32,000 nucleotides of DNA, from contig NC_013849.1 in assembly GCF_000025505.1 (NCBI RefSeq), positions 2,100,001 to 2,132,000 on the forward strand, in the 5' to 3' direction. The notes under the pieces are model-generated. The model was not told the DNA's origin, ran no database searches, and was given only the letters and a program-made list of their open reading frames with translations. Positions 15,114 to 22,269 of the stretch are shown in pieces (the stretch's first letter is position 1; every line of letters starts with the position of its first letter). Made by a program: the position numbers and the translations under genes. This stretch comes from Ferroglobus placidus DSM 10642 (GTDB lineage: Archaea > Halobacteriota > Archaeoglobi > Archaeoglobales > Archaeoglobaceae).

Positions 15114-16586
15114 TTAAGCTTCTATCGCAGCTCTAATGTCTGGATCTATGTCCTCTTCAGCGGCACCTCTCGTTAGTAAAGATACGAAAATCATGACGAG
15201 CAGAGCAGCAATTATGCTGACCGCATAACTCGGCAGAGCGTAGGGGAGCTTCATTCCAAGGATCTTTTCGTAAATTAGGAAGCCTATGTTTAGGACGAGG
15301 GCTGTTATAAGGCTTGCTATCGCTCCCTCTCTTGTTGCTCTCTTCCAGTTCAGTCCTATGGCTAAGAGTGGAAGCGTGGCAGAAGCAAAGTACCCCCAAC
15401 CAAGAGCTCCGAGTATAGCTACGAGGTATTTGCCATAATATCCAAAAAGGACGGCAAAGATGGTCAAAAGGACGGTAACTATCCTTCCCCACCAAACCTG
15501 CTTTGCATGCTCGATTTCCTTTCCGAGAGCCATCGGCAAATCTCTAACGAGCGCTGCAGTGCCTATCGCAATGAAACCGCTTGCCGTTGACATTATTGCT
15601 GCAAGCAGTCCAGCATAAACGACTGCGCTCATCCACGCAGGAAGCTGGCTCAGAAATGCAATGGCTGCTTGATCTGGCTTCTGAAGAGCGGGAATTTTTC
15701 CCCCTATGACGAGCCAAAGAGCTGCGTAGCCGACGAATATCCAGAGCAGGCTTGAGAGCATGTAGCTTCCTCCGCTGATTAAAGCTCCCCACTTTAAGTC
15801 TTTGTAGCTCCTTAAAGCGTAGAACTTCGTCGCCAGATGCGGCTGTCCGAGTCCACCCAATGCGAAGACGAAGAACCACATTAAAACGAGAACCCACGTT
15901 CCCCTACCGAGCGGATCAATTAGTATGGGGTCCTTTTGACCAATCGTTGTGAACAGTCCTTCTGTTCCTCCGGTCAGCATTAACGCAAAGAACAGTACTC
16001 CAATGGCTGCAATGAGCATTATTAACCCTTGGAAGAAATCAGTTAGGATGCTTGCTGCCATTCCAGCAACAGCTGTGTAGATCATCGTGATTCCGAAAAT
16101 TATGACGATTGCGGTCTCCAAGTCAACTCCAAGAAGTCCGGAAACAACGTATCCACCAGCCATAACCTGAGTTCCGAGGTAGGCGATAACTCCTAAAACG
16201 AGACTTATAGCAAGCAACCCTCGAACTGCCTCGCTTTTGAATCTCGCAGCTGCTAAGTCAGGAAGAGTTGCCATGGGTCTTACTTCTGCTATCAACCTCA
16301 CCCTCTTTCCTATAACGAACCATCCGAGCCCGAAGCCAAGGGGGGCAGCGAGGGTTATCCAGAGAGACGTGGCTCCGAGAGCGTAAACGAGTCCTGGACC
16401 GCCTACAAAACCGAATCCGCTCATTATGGATGCGAAAGCCGCTACGGAAGTAACAATCGTTCCGAATAGCTTGTGTGCTCCGAAGTAATGCTCGGCAGTT
16501 TTTACCCTCTTCACAGCATAAACTCCGATCGCAAAGGTTACGATGAAGTATCCGATAACGATAGCAACCGTAAGCGGGTCGCTCAT
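15114..16586 (-). CDS. sodium:solute symporter (SSS) family transporter
   Basis: 490 aa with about 13 TM helices and SSS-like blocks (GAHKLFGT, GFGFVGGPG, TDFFQG). Confidence 0.85.
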   Translation of the reverse strand: MSDPLTVAIVIGYFIVTFAIGVYAVKRVKTAEHYFGAHKLFGTIVTSVAAFASIMSGFGFVGGPGLVYALGATSLWITLAAPLGFGLGWFVIGKRVRLIAEVRPMATLPDLAAARFKSEAVRGLLAISLVLGVIAYLGTQVMAGGYVVSGLLGVDLETAIVIIFGITMIYTAVAGMAASILTDFFQGLIMLIAAIGVLFFALMLTGGTEGLFTTIGQKDPILIDPLGRGTWVLVLMWFFVFALGGLGQPHLATKFYALRSYKDLKWGALISGGSYMLSSLLWIFVGYAALWLVIGGKIPALQKPDQAAIAFLSQLPAWMSAVVYAGLLAAIMSTASGFIAIGTAALVRDLPMALGKEIEHAKQVWWGRIVTVLLTIFAVLFGYYGKYLVAILGALGWGYFASATLPLLAIGLNWKRATREGAIASLITALVLNIGFLIYEKILGMKLPYALPSYAVSIIAALLVMIFVSLLTRGAAEEDIDPDIRAAIEA

Positions 16587-16699
16587 CTTGATTTCGCCTC
16601 CTCAACTTTCTTCTTAAACTCCCTCCATCTCTCCTCGCTGAGAATCCACTTGTCGAAGATCAGAGCATAGCTGAGAGTTCCGGGAATGAACAACAGTAG

Positions 16700-17020
16700 T
16701 CACATAACCGGAAATAGCACAAAGAACCCCGGATGCATCCCGGCTATTGTAAACTCCGGAAACTTCCCTCTGAACTCAGCCCAGTACTTGAAAATTAGGG
16801 TTATACATACAGCCCAGAAAATGAAAAGTAGAGCTCCAAGCCATGCGGATGGACCAAGCTCGTTCTCTCTCATCGCTCCTATAACGAGCCATAGTGACAA
16901 GCTCAAACCCACCAAGTATCCAAGCACCTGCCAAGCGTTGGCTAAAGCTGCCAGAAGCATCGCGAGCATAACCACTCCGTTCACAATCAGAATTTTTCCT
17001 CTGAGGTCGATTTCAATCAC
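16700..17020 (-). CDS. small integral membrane protein upstream of the SSS transporter (possible symporter accessory subunit); ORF ends at an in-frame TGA inside a hydrophobic helix
   Basis: 106-aa hydrophobic ORF with a GTG start. An alternative ATG at 16969 follows GGAG. The same frame stays open for 38 more codons, to 16583. Confidence 0.5.
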   Translation of the reverse strand: MIEIDLRGKILIVNGVVMLAMLLAALANAWQVLGYLVGLSLSLWLVIGAMRENELGPSAWLGALLFIFWAVCITLIFKYWAEFRGKFPEFTIAGMHPGFFVLFPVM

Positions 17021-17061
17021 CTCCAGTAAAAGTAAGCACTCAAAACGACTTAAAGTGTTAA

Positions 17062-17075
17062 GTTAACATGTTAAC
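17062..17075. promoter_or_regulatory. perfect 14-bp palindrome GTTAACATGTTAAC (flanked by TGTTAAG)
   Basis: Lies in the 60-bp gap between the HTH_10 regulator gene stop and the start of the transporter operon, 42-55 nt upstream of the GTG at 17020. Confidence 0.45.
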
Positions 17076-17080
17076 AACAG

Positions 17081-17800
17081 CTACTCTCTTTCAAGGGACA
17101 GGATTTTCTCGATGTGTCTCAGTATTTTTTTCTCAGCTCTTCTTATATTTTTAGAAACTCCGGCTTTCGAAATTCCAAACTCCTTAGCCAGCTGGGTTAC
17201 GTTTACTTTTCTCGGATTTTCGTAGAATCCTCGTTTTATGGCAGCTTTCAAAATTCTTCTTTCCGTGAGGGTTAGATTTTCTATCTCTTTCATGAGATCG
17301 GCGAGAACTGAGGAATAGCTGAAAATTTTCGAGAACTCTTCAACGGTGATCCTGTTCTGGTTTTTAATTGTGAACTGGTTGTCCTTTTCGAGGTCGTACA
17401 GAGCTCTTTCCACATCTTCCTTTGTGTCGAATCCAACTTGCCAAAGCTCGCTGCCATTTTTTACGTAAAAAGGACCGACTATGTATCCCCCATTCTTTCT
17501 TATGGAGTTCATAGCACTCGTGTAATCGATTTCAGCTTTAGCTAACGCCACATTTCCTTCTCTTGATAACACCTCAAGTCTGTGAAACTTCGGTTGATTG
17601 TGCAAAGCGTGGATGGCGTTTTGCAGCTCCTCCTCATCCTTTGCAATTATATAACCGCGAACTACGAAGCATTCAGCTTTAAAGTCCCAGTAGGTTCCGA
17701 AGTAAGATACTTCCAAGTCGTCTGAGGTGTTTACGAAGGGGCAGTCGTACTGAAGCATGTCTATCGTTAGAATGTACATGCTCAGTAAATTACTCTTCAT
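17081..17800 (-). CDS. HTH_10 (Bat-like) DNA-binding transcriptional regulator
   Basis: C-terminal LTERRILKAAIKRGFYENPRKVNVTQLAKEFGISKAGVSKNIRRAEKKIL is the classic HTH_10 domain. The start may instead be Met8 (17779). Confidence 0.75.
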   Translation of the reverse strand: MKSNLLSMYILTIDMLQYDCPFVNTSDDLEVSYFGTYWDFKAECFVVRGYIIAKDEEELQNAIHALHNQPKFHRLEVLSREGNVALAKAEIDYTSAMNSIRKNGGYIVGPFYVKNGSELWQVGFDTKEDVERALYDLEKDNQFTIKNQNRITVEEFSKIFSYSSVLADLMKEIENLTLTERRILKAAIKRGFYENPRKVNVTQLAKEFGISKAGVSKNIRRAEKKILRHIEKILSLERE

Positions 17801-17826
17801 TAAAAATTATAAACTTTTGTCTTCAA

Positions 17827-18657
17827 TCATTCCCGAGTTTTAACAGCAATACCTATTCCGAAAAGCACGACGAGCATTGACAGGTAAGCTTTAACATCGA
17901 GAGCTTGTGCGAGAATTATCCAGGCTAAGAAAGCGGCTCCTACTGCTTCTCCTATTATGCTCGCCGTAACCGGAACGACTTTCATTTGCCTCAAAAGGTA
18001 ATTTATCAGCGTATGCCCGAGCATCATAGGAACGGCAGCGAGTAAAACGAAGAAAATCCACGTTTTGATGGGGTAGCCGAAAAGCGGAAGCTTGAGGAGG
18101 AGAGATATTGCGAAGCTCACAAAAGCTGCCGTAGCGTAGGTGAGAAGCACGTAGCTCTCGAAGTCAATTTTGCTCCTCGAAAATCTTCCGAGGGTGAAGT
18201 AAACTCCTCCGGCTAAAGCTCCTATTAAAGCCAAAATAACTCCCTCCGGCTTGGAACTCGGGTCGGCTCCGCTCAAAAAGTAAACTCCGATTATAGCTAC
18301 AACGACGCCGATAACCTGAGTAGGCTTTGGTTTCTCCCCGAGTAAGGAAGAGAACACAGCTGAGAAAATTGCGTGGGTGCAAACTATGGTAGTGCTTACG
18401 GCTACCGATGCGTAAAACAAAGACTGCATCCAGCTTGAAAAGTGAATAGCCAACGAGCTTCCGGCTGCGATCGGATAAACCACTTCTCCTCTCTTGGGAA
18501 CTCTTATCGACCTCGTGAAAACTGAAAGAATCAACACGGAAAAAAATAACCGCCAGAATGCTGTAACAGGTCCAGGAGCATTTGCAAGGACAACGAAAAT
18601 TGACGCTGAAGAGACGGAGAGAACAGCCAAAAAAAGGAGAAGATAAAGCTTAATCAT
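17827..18657 (-). CDS. EamA/DMT-superfamily transporter
   Basis: 276 aa with 10 TM helices in two EamA-like halves. Confidence 0.75.
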   Translation of the reverse strand: MIKLYLLLFLAVLSVSSASIFVVLANAPGPVTAFWRLFFSVLILSVFTRSIRVPKRGEVVYPIAAGSSLAIHFSSWMQSLFYASVAVSTTIVCTHAIFSAVFSSLLGEKPKPTQVIGVVVAIIGVYFLSGADPSSKPEGVILALIGALAGGVYFTLGRFSRSKIDFESYVLLTYATAAFVSFAISLLLKLPLFGYPIKTWIFFVLLAAVPMMLGHTLINYLLRQMKVVPVTASIIGEAVGAAFLAWIILAQALDVKAYLSMLVVLFGIGIAVKTRE

Positions 18658-18659
18658 TT

Positions 18660-19232
18660 TTACGCCTTTTTAGCTTTAACGCAGAGAAAGTCGTCCCTTG
18701 ATAGCACGTCAACTCCGCTGATTTGCACTATTTCGAAGCTCTCATCCAGAATCTCTTCAATCTCTTCTAACGTGTAAAACTTTGCAGCTGAGTAAAACCT
18801 GTGTCCTTTTCTTCCCTTTTCCTCGTATAGCTTACCGAGAGCTGAGTTTTTGGGAACGAAGCCTATTATTAGATAACCGTTCCTTTTCAAAACCCTGTGA
18901 ATTTCCTCTACCGCTTTTTTAGGATTTTCGAGGAAGCAGATGGTCACGATGAGCAATACTGCATCAAACACCTCGTTCTTAAAAGGTAAAAAGCTTGCAT
19001 CTCCCCTCACTACCTCTACTCTCTTCCTCGCCACCCTAAGCATGTCTAAAGAAGCGTCTATGCCAATAGCCGAAAATTTCTCGGCAAATCTTCCAGTCCC
19101 AACACCCACTTCGAGGATAAGCCCTTTCGGGACGAGCTCTTTTAAGCACCTCACTTCTCTTTCGAAAATCTCTCTGTTCCTTTCGTACCATTCGTCGTAC
19201 TCCAAAGCCCTTCCCTCAAAAACTTCCCACAT
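18660..19232 (-). CDS. class I SAM-dependent methyltransferase
   Basis: LEVGVGTGRF motif I, and GDASFLPF and DAVLL motifs typical of the Methyltransf_11 type. Confidence 0.8.
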   Translation of the reverse strand: MWEVFEGRALEYDEWYERNREIFEREVRCLKELVPKGLILEVGVGTGRFAEKFSAIGIDASLDMLRVARKRVEVVRGDASFLPFKNEVFDAVLLIVTICFLENPKKAVEEIHRVLKRNGYLIIGFVPKNSALGKLYEEKGRKGHRFYSAAKFYTLEEIEEILDESFEIVQISGVDVLSRDDFLCVKAKKA

Positions 19233-20505
19233 GCTTCGGAAAGATTACTTCGTAATCGTCAAGCCTGTCTTCAGCCTCCTTCATCTTCTCCTGAATGTCT
19301 TTTAAAAACTCCACGACGAGGGAAGCAGCGTATTTTTTGCATTTCCCGCAGAGAAGTTTTCCGGACTTGCAGCTCTCTCTAATCTCCTCAAGCTCCTCGT
19401 CCTCTTCAATTAAGTGGTAATTGTAAAGTTCAAATACCGCGCACTTCTCCGGCTCTCCTCCAAACCTTCTCTGCTCCTCCGCTGTGGCTCTTCCTCCGGT
19501 TAGTGCGTTCATAACCTTCTTTTTCGCCTCCTCTGGCTCGTCCAGCAAGCTTATGTAACTTTCCGGTTTGCTCGAGCTCATTTTTCCTCCCGTCAGTCCG
19601 GTAATGAACTTGTGATAGGTTGAGGACGGAGGAATGAACGCAAACCCTCCAATTTCAATTTCGATCTTTCTAACTTCTTCCTCTATCTTCTTTTTCTCTC
19701 CAAAAACGTCGACGTGCCCTTCGTAGAATTTTTTCTCGAAGTTCAAGCTTTCGAGCTCCTTCAAAAACTCGTTTCCCTTTCTACTCCTAATTCTCAGCCC
19801 ACCTTCTATTTCTTCGAAGGAAAATATGGAAGCTCTTGCTGCGAGATCTCTTGTAAGCCTGATGTGGGGATCTTGGTCTGCTCCAACGGGAACGACAGTC
19901 GGTTTCGGTCCGCCGAACTCTTTCAGCTGGGGAAAAAGTATATCCGCCGCCTGTATAGCCGGAACGTATATCTTCGTCAGCGGAGTTTCGCTTTCAAATC
20001 CGTATATTGCCCTGAGCTCGCCCCAGTTGACTTCAGCTGCTAATTCAAAAGCCAGATTTTTAACGAACTCGTTCGCGGACTGAAAGTATATCACGCTGTT
20101 CTCGTTCAAACCCAACGCTATGATGGCTTTAACGTACTCCATTCCGATTTCGAAGCACTTTTTCCAGCTTAAACCTCGGACTCCGTGGGCTTCCATGTCA
20201 GCTATAGCCACGAAAGCCTTTCCTCCTTTCTGGTTGTGCCAGACTATCTCGTCCATCGTCATCTTGTGTCCGAAGTGTGGCAAGCCAGAAGGCATGAATC
20301 CGGACATTACAGCAAATTCCTTGCCCTCTTTCATCGCTTCAACGATTCTCCAGTAATCCCTATGTCCGAAAATAACACCCCTCCTCATTAACCTCATCGG
20401 CTCTTCGATTTCGCTGAGCAAGTCCTCGAATTTTTCCATTCCGAACTCTTCTATCAGCTTGCTGTAATCGACAACTCCCTCAACCTCCCAGGGTGTAACT
20501 TTCAT
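19216..20505 (-). CDS. trpS: tryptophan--tRNA ligase, archaeal/eukaryotic type
   Basis: Class I aaRS motifs: PSGLPHFGH (HIGH-like) and KMSSSKP (KMSKS). The length and C-terminal CKSGKLLCGKCKK segment are typical of archaeal TrpRS. TyrRS is not fully excluded. Confidence 0.75.
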   Translation of the reverse strand: MKVTPWEVEGVVDYSKLIEEFGMEKFEDLLSEIEEPMRLMRRGVIFGHRDYWRIVEAMKEGKEFAVMSGFMPSGLPHFGHKMTMDEIVWHNQKGGKAFVAIADMEAHGVRGLSWKKCFEIGMEYVKAIIALGLNENSVIYFQSANEFVKNLAFELAAEVNWGELRAIYGFESETPLTKIYVPAIQAADILFPQLKEFGGPKPTVVPVGADQDPHIRLTRDLAARASIFSFEEIEGGLRIRSRKGNEFLKELESLNFEKKFYEGHVDVFGEKKKIEEEVRKIEIEIGGFAFIPPSSTYHKFITGLTGGKMSSSKPESYISLLDEPEEAKKKVMNALTGGRATAEEQRRFGGEPEKCAVFELYNYHLIEEDEELEEIRESCKSGKLLCGKCKKYAASLVVEFLKDIQEKMKEAEDRLDDYEVIFPKHVGSF

Positions 20506-20514
20506 TCGGACACC

Positions 20515-21456
20515 TCACTCGAAGTGGTTCGGGGAGAGAACTATTTCCTCGTCGTAGATTTTAGCGTATCCGAGCCTCTCCTTTATGATAACGTACGCCA
20601 TCTCCGGCGGAATTGCTCCGATTTCGGTGACTATTAAATCTATGTACCCTCTCGGAGTGGCATCGAAGGCTGGATTTCTTATCCTCACGTTCTTGAGCGA
20701 CCTAATTTCCTCTCCAGCCACTTCTTCAGCGCTCCTCTCTTCTATTACCACAAGCTCTCCGAGAAGCGTTTTCGGGCTGAACTTGTAAGTTTCGGCTGCA
20801 ACGATGAAAGGAACTCTCGCCTCTTTGGCAGCTAAGGCGATCATGGATGTTCCTATTTTGTTTATTAAGGCTCCGTTTGCCGTTATCGTATCTGCTCCGA
20901 CGACGACGTAGTCAACATCCTCTATGAAGTACCTCACGGCGCTGTCAACTATCAAATTCACTTTAATTCCGTACTCAGAAAGCTCCTTAGCCGTTAAATG
21001 CCCCTGAAAGCGTGGTCTCGATTCTGTAGCGTAAACTTCCTCAATTTTCCCTTCGTCGAAAGCCCTTTTTATGACCGCTATAGCAGCCGAGGAGTTGCAG
21101 TGGGTCATCACGACGGAGTTTTTCTTTATTCTTCTCGCCCCTATCTCTCCTATTTTCTGCTTAGCCGTATCGACCCACTCGATAAACTCCTTCGCTCTTC
21201 TAACCAAGCTCTCCCTTTTCTCCTCTTCCGTCTTCCCTTCGTACCTCATCACGAAGTTTATAGCGTTGAACAAGCTTACTGCTGTAGGGCGCGTGTTCAA
21301 AAGCCTTTCAGCAGCCTTTTTCATTTTTGCGTCAAAATCTCCTCTGATCGTTAAAGCGTAATTCATGAGAGTTTCCGCAGCAAACCTTGCGATTCTCGAA
21401 GCTCCTCTCACTTCCATCGTCTCGATTTTTCTCGCAGCTTCCTCAACCATGTCCAT
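20515..21456 (-). CDS. ribose-1,5-bisphosphate isomerase (eIF-2B alpha/beta/delta-like family)
   Basis: Close block-by-block resemblance to my recollection of the Thermococcus kodakarensis R15P isomerase: MEVRGASRIAR, TRPTAVSL, MTHCNSSAAI, TESRPRFQG, AAETYKF, NPAFDATP. I chose the ATG at 21456, which follows GGGTGA. Confidence 0.8.
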   Translation of the reverse strand: MDMVEEAARKIETMEVRGASRIARFAAETLMNYALTIRGDFDAKMKKAAERLLNTRPTAVSLFNAINFVMRYEGKTEEEKRESLVRRAKEFIEWVDTAKQKIGEIGARRIKKNSVVMTHCNSSAAIAVIKRAFDEGKIEEVYATESRPRFQGHLTAKELSEYGIKVNLIVDSAVRYFIEDVDYVVVGADTITANGALINKIGTSMIALAAKEARVPFIVAAETYKFSPKTLLGELVVIEERSAEEVAGEEIRSLKNVRIRNPAFDATPRGYIDLIVTEIGAIPPEMAYVIIKERLGYAKIYDEEIVLSPNHFE

Positions 21457-22186
21457 CTTTCTCACCCGCCAAAATTGCCGCTCCCTTCGCAACTGCGAGC
21501 GGATCTTTTATAATTCTTATCTCCGGTCTGAATTCCGAAGGCAAAAAGTTGTATATCTGCTCGAAATCTTCAGGCTCGAGTATCGACGCTATCCTTCCTC
21601 CGAACACGACAGCTTCCGGATCGAGAATCATGACGGCTCTTGCAACTTCAGCGCATAAAATTTTGAATCCATCGAATTTTATTAATTCTTCTCTCGTTAA
21701 TTCTCTCCCAAACTTTTTTTTAATTGTCCACCCGCTAAAAAAGGTTTCAAGATGCCCTACACCACCGCAAACGCATTTTTCGTCTCCACCGACAAATGCA
21801 TGCCCTATTTCAGAAGCTAAACCGTTTCCTTTGTAAAGTTTCGAATCGGCAATTATCGCTCCACCCACTCCGGTGCCGAGAGTAACTGCAAAAAGGTTTT
21901 CGAATCCTGTTACGTGGTGAGCGTAGATCGCAAAGCAGTTTGCGTCGTTTTCAATTCTCTTTCCCTCGAAAAGCTTCGCGTTAAACTCTGGAATGTTCGG
22001 CGTCCTCAGAATTTTCCCTCCTCTAATCCATCCTGCAATAGCGAAAACCGCGTTACTGTATTTCTCAACGAATTCTGGATCTTTCAAGAATTCTGACGTT
22101 TTTAGAGTTTTAACGTGAACGAATTCTTCTCCTTCTTTGACAACAACATCTGTAAAAGTTCCTCCGACATCCACGCCTGCGAGCAT
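21443..22186 (-). CDS. ROK-family sugar kinase-like protein (short)
   Basis: MLAGVDVGGT ATP-binding start, LGTGVGGAII...ASEIGH ROK signature, and a CVCGGVGHLE zinc motif (CxCGxxG[C/H]xE). The 3' end overlaps the R15P isomerase start by 14 nt. Confidence 0.7.
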   Translation of the reverse strand: MLAGVDVGGTFTDVVVKEGEEFVHVKTLKTSEFLKDPEFVEKYSNAVFAIAGWIRGGKILRTPNIPEFNAKLFEGKRIENDANCFAIYAHHVTGFENLFAVTLGTGVGGAIIADSKLYKGNGLASEIGHAFVGGDEKCVCGGVGHLETFFSGWTIKKKFGRELTREELIKFDGFKILCAEVARAVMILDPEAVVFGGRIASILEPEDFEQIYNFLPSEFRPEIRIIKDPLAVAKGAAILAGEKDGHG

Positions 22187-22269
22187 CGCATTCACTTCAA
22201 GTGCAGAAAGTAAAATAATTTCGGTGACTTGGCTAAATTAAAAAAATAAAAAATAGTCGTAATTCTTTA

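Noticed and set aside
15157-16605. Three minus-strand ORFs (112, 117 and 115 aa) and the plus-strand ORF 16473..16670 inside or around the SSS transporter gene
   Set aside because: They are Arg/Ser-rich alternative frames of a well-supported 490-aa transporter gene, with no motifs and no independent start signals.
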